A stretch of 63,816 nucleotides of DNA, counting the filler, from Sphacelaria rigidula (taxonomy: Eukaryota), in the NCBI GenBank assembly GCA_964200075.2. It is 7 parts of 7 records of this genome, joined end to end, with 100 filler letters (N's around TTAATTAATTAA, not from the genome) between each part and the next. Parts side by side here need not be neighbours in the genome. Positions count along the whole stretch, not along the records: positions 9,133 to 18,164 come from CAXNAA020009465.1; positions 18,265 to 27,295 come from CAXNAA020009466.1; 5 more parts are not named here. One strand, given 5' to 3'. Below are positions 10,958-24,161 of this stretch, one piece after another. Numbering within the stretch: position 1 is the first letter of the stretch; each line of letters begins with the position of its first letter. The position numbers were made by a program, and so were the translations under genes. The notes beneath the pieces were generated by a model. That model was not told the origin of the DNA. It ran no database searches and saw nothing but the letters and a program-made list of their open reading frames with translations.

Positions 10958-13237
10958 AAGGTTTTACAAGCCATTGTTCACCGTTGGGACATGAGTGCCA
11001 ACAGACCCTTCGGCAGACACAGCTTCGAGTCTTGCGCCGTATAATCCATAGGCCGCGACAAGTCCAGAGCTATCGTCGGTAACGGACTTGAGAAAATGGT
11101 TGCATGGTTCGGAACTCGAGTGTCGTTTGACGGTATCGCTGTGGTGTACATGATGTGCGATACTGCAAAAGTGCGATATTGTAGGGGGTGGTAATATATT
11201 TCGTGAGTTTCGCTGGAGATTCGGTATGTGGCTCTCCGAAAGAGCGGTGCGGTACAGAGCCGGACGACTACCGCGAAAATGTTTGAATGCCGCGGTTGCC
11301 ATAGTAATCGGAAAGCTCGGTAGCCTACCGCTGAAATCGGAGCTCTCTGCATGCGGTATGTATTCCCAGATTGCGCGTACGCATTCACGCATGAGAGAGT
11401 TCCAAGGGGGAAGCGGGAGGCAAGGTATACCTCGGGATAAAATGAGGGATGGGGATGTGACTCGCCAACACGTGCCTGTAAACCCCGAGAAACTCTATGA
11501 TGGAAAAGTCGGGGATCGCTGCGCTGTGTGCGGAGGAACGGAACATGATCATGACCAGATTGGTTGTGTGAACGGTTAGAGTGACGGTTGAAAAACCTCT
11601 GAACGCTCAATCGACGCGAAAATGATATGTTGTGTTCCGTACTTCCTACCAACGCCTTCCTTTGAGACAATCCAATCCCAACAGAAAAACAGCTTTTAGC
11701 TACGCGGACCCGGAAAGGCATCGCGGGTCACCGCTATGTCACAACGGAGTCGATCGTGACGGGCTTGCCTACCCCGATTACTCTGGTGCTACTGCTGACT
11801 TCACTATACGGTCACTTGCACATGTCCAAGGACCACAACAGTAAACGTTTCCCTTCCGCGTGTGGACGACGACACACTGAACAACAAACACACACAACCT
11901 GTTGTCCCGCACTGCCCCTGGAGGTTTGGGAGCTGTCCCATGCCTCCGCTGCGGGACGTAGCTGGTGAAAATACATCACATCTGTTTTTTCAGTCGGAAT
12001 GATGCAAGGGTCGGACAAATCAATGACTTGTCTGGAAATTACTTGGTCCTACTGTGATTGATTCAAATAGCATGAATCAATCCCTAGGCTTTGTTTTCAG
12101 GGCTGCAACCCAGGTACACGCAGCTCAGACACGTGGGATGGCGGAAACGTTGCGTGGATACATCGCTTGGACTAGCGGTCAACCGTTTTCTCCCTTAAAG
12201 GCAATTAGGCCGAGAAAATCGTGGATTTGGTGATTCGAACTCGTGATGATTCGTCCAAACCGTGGAATGATGTGATGATGTGATGCTCTAGATTGGCACC
12301 CTTTCGACCTAGATCAATGAAGCGGCGGTGACCAGAGCTTCACCTAATATATTGCTACTGGCAAACCGAGAGTCCGTACTTGGTGAGCTGTTCAACAAAA
12401 TTGTCACACGAACCCAAGCACGCGTCCGGTACGTAGGCGCGTGAGGAAATCAATTTCCTTTACCAGAGTGGAGTTGCGAAGTTGTAACCGTGGTGGTGAG
12501 CTCGATGAGGTGTACGAATCATTTCGTTGCACAAACGGCAGTCCGTAGCATGTAGGGTTCGAGGGGTGCCATTGAACTCGGTGAATGCCTTTGCTGTGCT
12601 ACTCTACTGTGCTGTCGGTACCGTCAATGCCCTGTACCACCGAGCGTCTAGGTTAAGTTTTACCCAGCACACGCAGAACATCAGCCACGGCAAATTTGTA
12701 ATGATAAAACTGTGGTGATGAGCTCGTCGCACCGTACAAAACGTCCTTCTGCCCAAAGAGGAGCTCGCGGTGTTCAGAGTGAAAAGAGGAGCACTGAGCT
12801 TGATGCTGGCTTCCATTTGTTGAATACCCAATATGCTGTACGAGTGTCCTGTACAGCGTAGTTGTATGGCGCGGCGTGGGTTGGTTTAACCCTAGACCTT
12901 TCGCGGCTTCACTAGGTGATTAACTCTAGCTCGAGTTGTTCGTAGATTCCATGCTCTTGGGCTCAAGCGAGAAATTTGCCAAACACCATCCCGCAAACCT
13001 AGCCCTATTCTTATCCCTAGTACTGGGTTCCGTTCTTTCAGTTCCGAAGCTCACCATAGTCAATCAAACAATCAACGCGTGAATCTCAACCCCGATTGTC
13101 ATGGCGTAGGAACGAAGAGTAACGAGTAGCGGAGAAAACAAAGAGAAGCAGGAACGGTACGACTGACGGCTGACAAGTGGCGACTCTACTGTGCCGCCAC
13201 TTCCAATCTAAGTACTGGCTCCACCATGACGTGTATG

Positions 13238-13578
13238 TGTGGAAGATACCTCTTCGCAGTGACATATCAGAGACTGATGCCACACATGTATAAAGGACCA
13301 GCGCAAGCAGGGACAAAGTAGGAACGGTCCGGAAGGACCAGATTACCGAGGACCCTGTAATGCCGACGTACCTAGACAACTCGGGGTGATGTCAGGAAGA
13401 GCCTGATATTAAGACGGTCCAACATCCCCCGAGAAACTGGTCGCCCCTGGCGACCACTTCTCGTCTGACCCCTTCTTGCCTACATATACAAGANNNNNNN
13501 NNNCGGAGTTCCTTCGACATCAGGACGGCAGTATCCCCCGTAGGTCTCTTACTACTCTAGCGATACGCCTTCCTCACA
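13238..13578 (+). repeat. 5' LTR
   Basis: Direct repeat of 17839-18164; TG...CA ends with short inverted termini; contains a 10-N gap. Confidence 0.93.
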
Positions 13579-13764
13579 TTGGCGCCACCAGAAAAAAAGC
13601 TCAAGCAAAACAGGCCTCAGAAGTAAAAAATTGGAACGAGAACCGATTGCTCCGCGACACCTGAAACACTAGGATCCCCCAAGGAACGCTACTTCAGGTG
13701 AAACGCATGGATCATGTGCATCATTATTCGAGTTGAGAGGTTATTGGAGTCATGTTTTTGGGTC

Positions 13765-13950
13765 AACGCGAAATTAGCCCCCTCAATGTGCATTCATATG
13801 TCGCCCGCATGATTAATCAAGAGCGAAACGCGAGATTAGACTCCTCGGGGTGCAGTATATATCACCTCTATGGCTAGTCAAACAGCGGAAACGCTAAATT
13901 AGTCTCATCAGCGTGCATGATGTGTCACCAGAATGGCTGATTAAACAGCG
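13765..13950. repeat. Three diverged ~61-bp tandem units in the 5' leader
   Basis: AAACGC.A.ATTAG...GTGCA...ATG..TA.T.AA.CAGCG occurs three times. Confidence 0.6.
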
Positions 13951-14763
13951 AATCCACACTTATCAACCAACATTTCACCACCACAGTGCGAAAGTCACGG
14001 TAGCTAATCAAGCAGGCCGACCTCTGGAAACGCGGTGACTCGAAATAGCATCAACAAACGAGTTTGCCCAACCTGCGAATGCACGACCTTGCCATTCCCC
14101 ACCATTTAGCAAAGGAAAGAAAGGGAGGTGTATTGGATGGTCTTACCGCATCCCTGCCCACAAGCTGAGAGGAGTTGAAAATTACAGACGGTTCAAGATT
14201 CCACACCTCATCACGCATGAAATGGAGAAAAGTGTCATCCGTCTGGGAAAAAAAACATATCGGAGAGATGCGGGTTTCTTGGTCATTACAGTAACTCACT
14301 CCTGCAGCCGAGCACCAAAACAGCCCTCAGTCGTGACGTGAAGGTACATACTAGGAGCAAAACCTGGAAAGAACGCGGTGAGAATTGGTTCTTAAGCAGC
14401 CTTCAGAGCAGCTGTGGAAAAAACAATACACCACACGGAGGGTCATCGTCGTCGAACATGTAGCTCAACTTGTTGAGGCCCTCAACCATGCTACATCCTG
14501 CGCCGTACCTCAATGAATCGGTAACGTTACATCCCACGCCGACGCAAGTTCAACCGGCAGCCAGGAAAAAACAACAATGTTGTAAGCAGGGGATGTTGAT
14601 TCCAGATCAAAACACCCGTCTTCCTTTTTCAACCCGATCTTGGACGATCACTGTTACAACGCATCATCGCCCGCCAGGTATACAGATACGCCCCCAGCGC
14701 TATCCTGTGCATCGGCCCGTGTGAGAGTCGCAGCCAGAGTGAACGGCACCCCCGCTGAAATGA

Positions 14764-15120
14764 ATCACAATCGATTCCGCAGCAGATATGCCGTGTATCA
14801 GCAAAACGTTCATAGATGAACACCCGGCCATCATGGCAGCTGATGATATGAAACCAGTACCGCCAGGACTCATCGATCTCAGAAGCGCGGACGGTTCCCC
14901 CATACATATCCTAGGGTTCATTCATTTCGAGCTTACGATGGGGATGAGAACCCTGCCAACAGAAGCGTTTGCATTGCCTGATCTGGGGCCGGATTGTCTC
15001 CCACTAGACGACTCCCTTATGAATACTTTCAAAGCTACACTCTGTACTCGACTGGCAGACGGTAAACGAACGTCCCGTGATTTCAATATAGTAATCAAAG
15101 CATCGCATCGAAAACAATAG
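14764..15120 (+). pseudogene. Retroviral-type aspartic protease remnant
   Basis: ITIDSAADMPCISKTF...LRSADGSPIHILGFI...LPDLGPDCLPL. Confidence 0.8.
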
Positions 15121-16090
15121 GGCTCACAAAGTACAACACACTGAAACAACATATGGCGCTGAAGTCGGTGTGAAATGTTCTAATCCTTTGCCAGTTTCGC
15201 ACAAAAACTGCAGTGTGCCACCACAAGGTGAAATGGCCATACTGGTTGGAACGGAAAATACCCCACCAACCACAACAGCAGTTGTCGTGGAGCCGCGCAT
15301 AATAACCGAGAAGACACTCGACCGCCTGATGTGCCTCAAGCATTCACGCGCATCAATGTTGCCAAGGCAGTATGCACGTGGTAGGCAACGAATATGACGG
15401 CAATGGTACGCCAACGCGTCGAGCCGACATGTAAAGCTGAAACGCAATACGAGAGACGAAAAAGCGGAAAACCTTCATGATGATGATAAGAGACAAAACA
15501 AACGGAGAAACTTCATGTTATTCCGGACGGCCTCGCGACTGTTTGCGCTACTCTAGAGCGATGAAAAGCTGAAACCAATTCGTCGCTTACACAACTATGT
15601 GGTAACGTGCCAAAAGACCATGCGCTGCAAATAGCTGAACCACATATCACCGTCAAATATCAGCTAAGAAGTTCGACCGTTTGAAGCCAGTGCAAAGTGA
15701 CCGAGAGTTGTCAGTCAACGGCCAGAATGTGCCGATGGGACACGTTCCGGTAGGACGGCCGTGCGAGAGAGTGTCGACAGACCTAGTCGAATACAAAAAC
15801 AGCTTCGATGTCAAAAGCTGGAGTACTAGGTAGATAGGTACTGTCCGTCATGGTCCACCCCACAGAGTATGCCTTTTTCATTTTGACACCAAGTCCACAG
15901 GCAACGTCGACAGCCAGAACTTTTATCGATCGAGTTTCACCACATTTGGCATCCGGGAAAAGCCGCGACACCCAAATAATTTATCAAAGAAACACGGGAA
16001 AACCTACGATTAGGATTTGAAGTTGCGGGTCAAGCTCTACGAGAAGGAACGAACGAGCAAGGGAACAAAAACAAATAAAAACCGTTCCCA

Positions 16091-16639
16091 GTGTTCAAAC
16101 CCGGTCAAAAGGCACTCTTGTACCCACCATACCAGGACTCAGAAAGGCCGAACCCGAAACTCCAATTACCATGGAGAGGACCTTTCATGATAACTGAGAG
16201 ACGATCGCCTGTTGTGCACACAATCAAAATAGGCAACGACGATAAAGAAACGTCAGTACATCTCGCTCATTTGAAGAAATATCACCCGCGAGAAACAGCG
16301 CCAGCACCGGACTTTGACAAGTTGAGCGAGTTGTTCCAAGGCAGACAGATACCTCTACCGGAGATAGACCAACCAGACGGAACGCTACCCACAATAGAAC
16401 GCTACACCGTCGAAAAAGTGGTAGGTCACGCGCCAGGCCCAGGTCGGAGAAGTCTTCACAACTATGTATATCTGTTGAGACTCAAGGGCTACGGCCCAGA
16501 ATCTGACCTGATCTACCGGGCGGACGAAATACCACAGTGTAAACATCTCACCGGTAAATACCGTCATAACAAGAGGTTAGCTAAATGCCCACATCCGGAC
16601 TCGAAATCCAAAAATACAGGGAAACGGAAACGGATGTGA
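16091..16639 (+). pseudogene. Integrase C-terminal GPY/F module plus chromodomain
   Basis: FKPGQKALLY...KLQLPWRGPFMI...VHLAHLKKY, then YTVEKVVGH...YLLRLKGYGPESD. Confidence 0.85.
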
Positions 16640-16959
16640 CTGTTCAACAGACTGTTCGAGCGTCCTCGCAAAACGCTCAAGAATTGAGCAGTAGCCTGAA
16701 GTCAAAATTCGGAGATTGATGAGAGTCAAAAACGACGTTAGAACAATACAGACATGAACGGAGGAGGATCTGACATGTCAGCGGTGACGGGGGTGCGACT
16801 TTTCAAGGACGATAATCTCTCAGCAATGGGGGTAGTTGCTGACAAGAAGCAAGGGTCATTTTGACGATGTTTGGATAAAAACGCACAATGCTCATAGGCC
16901 GAAAATATTGTATCCACCGCTTTGTTACTAACAAGAGGGCGTTGCACTATTCCGGTGTC

Positions 16960-17592
16960 AGCAGAACCGAAGGCATGCCAGAACCCGGGCATGAATAACC
17001 CAGGCTCCCGTGGACCGATGAGTGTCCCAGTGCCCAGGCATGTAGAAACAGCAGATGTATTTAGCACCAAAGTGCAAAGGCATCTCGCGGAAATAGGTCA
17101 CATATGACAGTAACATGACACAAAATTATATGAAGCAAAGATCATGTCGATGATTCACCACAGAACACAACGCTCGCAAGATGAACGTCAGAACCACCGC
17201 TTTGGTACTAACGCGAGGACATTGTCCTGTCCCGGTGTCGGTGGAACCGAAGGCATCCTAGAACCCGGGCAGGAATACCTCAAGCGCCCGTGGACCGGTC
17301 GATGTCCCAGTCCCTGGTCATTTATACCTAACTGATGCAGCCAGCATCAAAGTGCAAAAACATGCTTTAAAAAATGTGTCACACATGATGCAGTTATTTG
17401 ACACGAAATACAAGAAGCGAGGGTCATATTGACGGTGCGCGGAACCGAAGACATCCCATAACCTGGGCAGGAATAATCCAGGCGCCCGTGGGCCGATCAG
17501 TGTCCGAGTGCCCAGTCATGCATACCAGCAGATGCAACCAGCACCCAAGTGCATATACATTTGATGAAAACATGTCACATATGACAGCTACA
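16960..17592. repeat. Three diverged ~150-bp units in the 3' UTR of the LTR element
   Basis: GAACCGAAG.CAT...AACC.GGGCA.GAATA...CCCGTGG.CCG...TGTCC.AGT.CC at about 16963, 17244 and 17441. Confidence 0.7.
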
Positions 17593-17838
17593 GAACAGAG
17601 AAAATCGAGATGAGGAGGTTTGGAATACATGCACTGTTACTGACCACAGCTAGCTAAAATGTTCTGGGGGTGTTTACTCAATACCACACTATAGGGAAGG
17701 GCTGCCTTTGCGATTAGTGTTGGCGTGACTCAATCAATGATTGTCACTCAAAGACACTTCCATGCTTATATCATCAGCGCAGCTTATGTCCCACCAGCCA
17801 TAGTCCCGATGGGCTTGAGGCGCACGAAGGGTGGGAAA

Positions 17839-18164
17839 TGTGGAAGATACCTCTTCGCAGTGACATATCAGAGGCTGATGCCACACATGTATAAAGGACC
17901 AGCGCAAACAGGGACAAGGTAGGAATGGTCCGGAAGGACCAGATTACCGAGGGACCTGTAATGCCGACGTGACTAGACAACTCGGGGTGATGCCAGGAAG
18001 AGCCTAATATTCAGGACGGTCCAACATCCCCCGAGAAACTGGTTGCCCCTGGCGACCACTTCTTTTCTGACCCCTTCTTGCCTACATATACAAGAGGAAA
18101 TCATCGCCAGCCTCGGAGTTCCTTCGGCATCAGGACGGCAGTCTCCCCCGTAGGTCTCTGACTA
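17839..18164 (+). repeat. 3' LTR (truncated at scaffold end)
   Basis: Follows the PPT; roughly 5% diverged from the 5' LTR by eye. Confidence 0.93.
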
Positions 18165-18264
18165 NNNNNNNNNNNNNNNNNNNNNNNNNNNNNNNNNNNN
18201 NNNNNNNNTTAATTAATTAANNNNNNNNNNNNNNNNNNNNNNNNNNNNNNNNNNNNNNNNNNNN

Positions 18265-18390
18265 CCTTCACCCCTGATCACGGTACTAGCCAGTTCCCGC
18301 AATCAGCCCTCCAGGCGTAGTGTCTTTTTGAAACCGACGGCCCATCATCGTACTATCTCCATTCACCCCGCCACGCCGCGATCCGTAACA
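18265..18390 (-). repeat. 3' LTR (partial) of a second LTR family, with adjacent PPT
   Basis: 126 bp identical to 23318-23443; minus strand reads GAGGGGGGG|TGTTACGG. Confidence 0.85.
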
Positions 18391-18514
18391 CCCCCCCTCA
18401 GTCCTAGGATTGAGAAACCCTGGGACTGAACGTGATTTACACGATGGATCGCCGCGATACCATGTCCCTCTCCCCGAGTACTCGGCGTCTTGGTGTAGCC
18501 GTCGATCTTGATCA

Positions 18515-18742
18515 CCGTTCTGCTGGTTAGACCTCGTAGGGCACTTCAGCACCGCGCAGGAACGATTTTTTCCCGCCCGGGGGGGGATCCGCTGTCTTGT
18601 ACACCGCTCTGCCGGGTTAGACCACGTAGGGAATTTTAACACCGTGCAGAACAATCTCGAACAGTCTCGGCAACTCCCGCTCTTATATATTCCTCTGCCG
18701 GGTCAGACCACGTAGGAAATTTAAACACCGTACAGAAACGAT
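18515..18742. repeat. Three ~88-bp tandem units upstream of the PPT
   Basis: GGTTAGACC.CGTAGG...AC/GCACCG..CAG.AAC occurs three times. Confidence 0.7.
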
Positions 18743-19654
18743 CCCATCCAATCCGGCGAAGTCCTTGATTTTGTTGACCGCTGTCTTCCGTTGGATGCAG
18801 CAGCCACTGCAGCGTAGCATCGTCCTCGCACGCCACTCCAAGGCTTTCCCATACTTCATTCGATGCTGCCAGTTCGCTCCGGCCAGCCAACCTTACTGTC
18901 GAGTCGTCAGCAAGCGCGCTTGGCTTGACAGCACGGAAGAGGTTCAAAGTTACCGAATCTCCTTGGCTGGTGAGATGGTCGGTGTCAACAGCTCCGAGGT
19001 TTGAGGGACTGCCAGACACAAACCGGACTCACGGCGCCTCCGGCAAAGGCCAAAATCTCGATGGCCCTTCGAAAGATAACGTGCTCTTGTTTTTCCTGAA
19101 GAAACTCGCTATCGGAATAAATCCATATGGTAACCCATGGACCACCCGAACCTATTATTACCTTATCATTTGTGCGGAATAATAGTAATTACCGCTGACC
19201 CTAGAACTTTCATCTGAGGTATCTTACTGATACTAGGGTTAGTGGACCTCAAACTTCCTGCTCCCTGCCGTTGTAATAAGTTGCTATATTACCTCACGTT
19301 ACCAACAACCTTCACGACTGTTTCGATGCATACTCCCCCCCCCCCTGCCCGGTGCCCAGTAAACACCGTTACTGGTGAGCGGTGACTACTCTTGCTGTGG
19401 TGCCGAACTTCAGCTTGTACCCACAGCTGCTGTGCATCGTTACTACTCGCTTAGGCTAAAATGGCGTTTGCGCTTCACCAGCATAACGATAGCGAATAAC
19501 AAAAAAAAGGGGAAGGAGAACGAAGGGAACAGTAATATAACTGGACAAAACAGATTCACGCGTGTGCATTTGGTCATGGTATCACGTGTCGGGGATAGCC
19601 AGGTATAAATTCATGGACTCCCAAGGAAATTCTGGCTCCATATCAACGACCGCA

Positions 19655-20142
19655 CATGAGAAAATCCTGGCCATCTGTCAACCTGTTCGGACAGTATGGG
19701 AAATCCTGGACGCCTGTCAACCTGTTAGAACGCGCAAGGGAAACTCCTGCCCCCTGTCAACCCGTTCGAAAACACATGGGAAAATCCTGGCTCCCCGTCA
19801 ACCTGTTCGGACAGCATGGGAATTTCTGGATGCCTGTCAACCTGTTCGAACAGCATGGGAATTTCCGGATGCCTGTCAACCTGTTCGAGCGCGCAAGGGA
19901 AACTCCTGGCCCCCTGTCAACCTGTTCGAAAACAGATGGGAAGTCCTGGATTCCTGTCAACCTGTTCGCATGCGCATGAAAAATTCCTGGCCACCTGTCA
20001 ATCTGTTCGAACGGGCATGGGAAACTCTTGGCCCCCTGTCAACCTGTTCGAAAAGACATGGGAAATCTTGGGTCCGTGGCAACCTGTTCGAACACGTATG
20101 GGAAACTCCTGGCCCCCTGTCAAACTGTTCGAACAAGCATGG
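19655..20142. repeat. ~40-bp minisatellite, about 12 units
   Basis: Consensus GGGAAA(C)TCCTGGCCCCCTGTCAACCTGTTCGAA...CAT. The overlapping ORFs here are repeat artefacts. Confidence 0.92.
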
Positions 20143-20221
20143 TCTTGACATCTTGAGCCTTCGTCCTCGCCCATTTTCCTGTATGCAATCAAATCCTGCT
20201 TGTTCGTTGTATGGTGCAAGC

Positions 20222-20243
20222 ATATATATATATATATATATAT
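20222..20243. repeat. (AT)n microsatellite
   Basis: Seen directly. Confidence 0.95.
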
Positions 20244-23130
20244 GTGGTTCATACAACTTCACATAGCTCTCCATTTGTTTTACGCATGCAAAGCTCGCAT
20301 GCAATTTTTGAAGGTATTTGCCAAGGGCGCAAACGATCAAATAGGGGGAACCACGTAGAGGTTACACCCATTTTCCATGACAAATGAAGCATTTCGACCA
20401 TTACTGGTTCGCCCATACCCTTTGAAGCTATCCACCAAGGGCAAAACTATCAATCAGGGGGAACCACGTTGAAGTGACTTTCAACTTCCATGACAATAAC
20501 ACACATTTAACGCATCAATGATCCTCTCCCGCCCTGACCGGGGTAGGGTAAATACCCCATGTTGATTCAAGCTTCGCAATTTCCGTTCACGACGAATCGG
20601 CTCACATGGTATCGTGCCTTGTAGCATGTACGCACAACCAGTATGGCATTACGGTCACACAAGCAGTTTCGTGAATTTGCAAAGCATAGAGTAAAACGAC
20701 ATTCTTTCACCGTTGCATACGTGGTCATGCATGAGGTACTCGAGCAAGTGGTTCGCGTTCCTAAAGGTATATATATCATGCTGTATGTACTCGGTACTAA
20801 TTGTAGCCGACAACATCCCGATAGCCCTGTTTATCTCTTCTACTGGCAGTTCGTTAACTCCCATCTCCTGGTTGATATCGCGTTCGGTAGTTTCACTCAG
20901 GCAACACTGCCATCACTACCTCATCTGTCCCCACAGTGTATAGACTCGAATAAACAGTACAGTACACGGCAAAGGTTCTTCCGCATGCATAGTCCGACAT
21001 TTGATATTCGATGATTATTCGGAAGAGTTTTGTTCCCACAGTAAAAGCATATTACTTATGCACTGTGAGACTGAGTACGAAGTCAACGATGTCATCGAGG
21101 AGATGGTGCAGGCTGTAAACAGTCAGTACCGTCATCCTGTACAGCCATATTGTAACAGCATCACAATAAAAATAACGGTTGCATGTCGTAAAACCCAAGG
21201 GTGGTATCGCAACTCAATGTGCGGAGACACACGCGATTTTTAATCCAGCGGGCCTTGTCGAGTTTGAGTATATGTGGACCAGGATAGCGTGGTTCCATTT
21301 CAGCTGTATCAAACAGCAAAATCGTGTTGTGTTGCTCCTTTCAGCTGCATCACACAGCAGAAAGCACACATCAGCTGTTGCATGGAAAGATTTAGTAAAG
21401 CAGGATAGAGAGTAATGCAATCCTAGCATCCACCGTGACTCTTCTCACTCAGGTCTACACGACAAGATTTGACCTGTCACGGCTACAAAGCAAGCATGGC
21501 GTTGTCTCATCAGACGGCGGAATCATAGCCTACAGTAAAACTGAGCAGCTGCGTTACACAGCAGAATTCGAGCGTACAGCTATGGCATCCAAAAATACAG
21601 CAAAGCGGTGTGAAGAATCATTTCATCTTAGCGTCAACCGTGATGCGGTGTATAAAGCAAGCACCAAGTTGTCTCATCTCACAGCTCCTTGCACGATCGG
21701 CTTTCACGTTTCGATCCTGTGCCCTCACCCGTGAGAGCAAGTTTTTATTTCAAGGCGTAAGGGAGATCACACTGCTTCAACGTTTTCGTTGCTCTGTGCG
21801 AACGATTGCACCTGCCACCGCGTGTAAAGCAAGCATAGCATAACATGGTATTTTACGTGGTCGCAGGTGATACCCCCCTAGCTTCATGTAACATCATGTT
21901 TCCCTGTGTACGCCTTCGTGCGCTTCACTCACTGTCTGTTTGGCAGTTCGCCCCTCGGTTTCAACGTGTCAAGGCTAAAGCAAGGTTGGATAGCAGCAGA
22001 TCGATGATAGTACTTGGGGCGGGGGATTGCACTTTTAATACCCGCTATCCTGTTGAATGCATATACATATGGCACCGCTGTCATGCAACATACACCCCAA
22101 GCATCACTACATCGGCTCTTACCCAGATGCAGCATGAGGCAATCGTTATCCAAACGGTATCCAGTAAACCGTGAAATGAATGCCTGCGGGTAGTACGATG
22201 TCTTCAGGCCGAGCCATCATTAATTATATTTCCTCCCCTTGGTTGTAGCTTGTCATGGAAGGGCGAAGTTGACTGATGACATCGCCAAGTTCTTCAAACA
22301 CATGGACCCGAGTGATGGACGCAGTGCGGTCAGTTGAACTTTCAAATCCTCCGCAGTTGTACTATAAAATGTATAGACTGTACGGATCTTTCATGTTGAC
22401 TGTTTGGTATGTAGTATGAACCCAACCTGAACAGTTGTAACCGCTGTTACGGGCGCACCCCAAACATCAAACTCAGTGGTTTGGCAATAACCGCTGCGCT
22501 AACGCTGTGGACACGCATCTTCAGGTGATGTAGGATAAACAGAGCCGACAACGCGTTCAAGCGCACACGGGATTGACCAAGGACCAATTCGTTCATTCGT
22601 CATTCTCAGGCAGCAAAATTCGTTATCACGTGCGGGGTTCTCGTTTGAGGCGAACAACGAATCTTCATACATGGGGGCCGAAACATCACGGTGGTGTATA
22701 CGTTGTTGAAGGAGCGCATTTCGGAAAATCGCAAGAGGAGTGATCAATATGTCACAGATGACAACAGTCGACACAATAGTCCCGGTTGTAGAAGCGCCAT
22801 GATACAAGCAGAATAGTGTTGTTCATAGTTGTTATTGTTGTAGTGTGTGCCTCTATTGAGTAAGCCAAGTACTCGAGCGAAGCAACAACAGAATTTCAGT
22901 CATGCAAGCTACGAAGTTTCATCCACTCACGTAAATACATCTTACCCTTGCTATATAATTCCACCCTCGCACTATTCTGAGTGTGCACTAGTTCATTTTT
23001 ACTATCATGTCGACCTTCATGCATCTGCTCGTTATCTAAATCAACCTCGTCACAGTCTCACCGTTATGTCTGAAACAAGCGTAAGCTCACGGCACGTGGG
23101 TAAGTCCAATGCAGAACGATACACGACGAG

Positions 23131-23443
23131 TGTCACGATATCTCGATCACCTCTTCAGGTCGATTCGATTGCGTTTCCTTTCTTGGTGGGATTTACCTCA
23201 GCACTCGAAAGAGAGTGAACCCCAGGGTGCCAGCTGGATCGATTCTCGTAAAGAACCGGATCCAACCAGATGTATAGAGGCATGTTTATGTACGCCGTCT
23301 TTTGACGGATTACACCGCCTTCACCCCTGATCACGGTACTAGCCAGTTCCCGCAATCAGCCCTCCAGGCGTAGTGTCTTTTTGAAACCGACGGCCCATCA
23401 TCGTACTATCTCCATTCACCCCGCCACGCCGCGATCCGTAACA
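23131..23443 (-). repeat. Complete 313-bp LTR
   Basis: TGTCACG...CGTAACA inverted termini; right 126 bp identical to 18265-18390; flanks ACGAG and CTACC do not form a TSD. Confidence 0.82.
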
Positions 23444-23636
23444 CTACCGCGCTCATGCGCGTTAATCCTAGCGAAACGGGGGCCGGGATCTTGTACCTGT
23501 TGTGATCGCGCGAAGATCGCCATGCCCATGGGAGAGGGCGTTCTCGTCGGACGGTATGTTCACTCCTGGGGACATCATGGTTTGGATTCACGATATACAT
23601 CCAATGGCGAGTGACAGACAATAGCCACGGTTCCAC

Positions 23637-24161
23637 GTGTCATCTGATACCGTGAGCAACGACAACCAGCGAGCCGTCCCCCTCGCGACCATCGCCGCCC
23701 TGGGGATGCCCATGTCTGCATACATGAAGCAGAGCACGAAGAATCCTTCGATTTCGAAGATGAAGACGTCAGCGATCAAGAATGCCCGTAGCAATGCCGT
23801 ATTGATGTCCTTGAATCCTTCACAGGCCTTCATCAACCATGCTGAGGTCGTTCTCGAGGCATCCGATACCCACAGAGCCCCCGTCCTCGCGCACGGCATA
23901 TACCCCAAGGGAACGTTCCTACAGAGGAAGGTTCGCGCACCGACAGTCTACATAGAGGGCCAACACCCTGCGAGGCCAGCTTGGCAAGGGGCCAAAGATT
24001 TCGCGGGGGAGATTGTGGGGCAACAGTTCGACGCGAAATCTCGTCGGTACACATACGAGGTCAAATGGAGCGGAGGTACGCCAGGAGAGATAGCCTTAGC
24101 GGGTCTTGAGGGCATGATCGACGAGGGCGCAGTTCAGCGGGTGCTTCTGGACCATCGGTGA
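23637..24161 (+). CDS. Unidentified coding fragment, C-terminus Tudor/SH3-barrel-like
   Basis: 174-codon GC-rich open frame with protein-like composition, ending FAGEIVGQQFDAKSRRYTYEVKWSGG...LEGMI. True start not defined. Confidence 0.45.
   Translation: MSSDTVSNDNQRAVPLATIAALGMPMSAYMKQSTKNPSISKMKTSAIKNARSNAVLMSLNPSQAFINHAEVVLEASDTHRAPVLAHGIYPKGTFLQRKVRAPTVYIEGQHPARPAWQGAKDFAGEIVGQQFDAKSRRYTYEVKWSGGTPGEIALAGLEGMIDEGAVQRVLLDHR

Larger units (their letters stand above)
13238..18164 (+). mobile_element. Chromodomain-bearing Ty3/Gypsy LTR element, internally deleted (no recognisable RT/RNase H)
   Basis: 5' LTR 13238-13578 (TGTGGAAG...CTTCCTCACA); PBS-like TGGCGCCACC at 13580; PPT GAAGGGTGGGAAA at 17826-17838; 3' LTR from 17839, cut by the scaffold end. 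Internal protease and integrase C-terminus. Confidence 0.93.

Noticed and set aside
11500-11580. PHD-finger remnant (CAVCGGTEHDHDQ)
   Set aside because: Only one CxxC; the remaining ligands were not found.
19562-20266. 234-aa repeat protein
   Set aside because: Translation of a 40-bp minisatellite that is open in several frames on both strands.
20560-22900. Decayed gene or viral insert
   Set aside because: Short protein-like scraps but no identifiable motif in any frame I could read.
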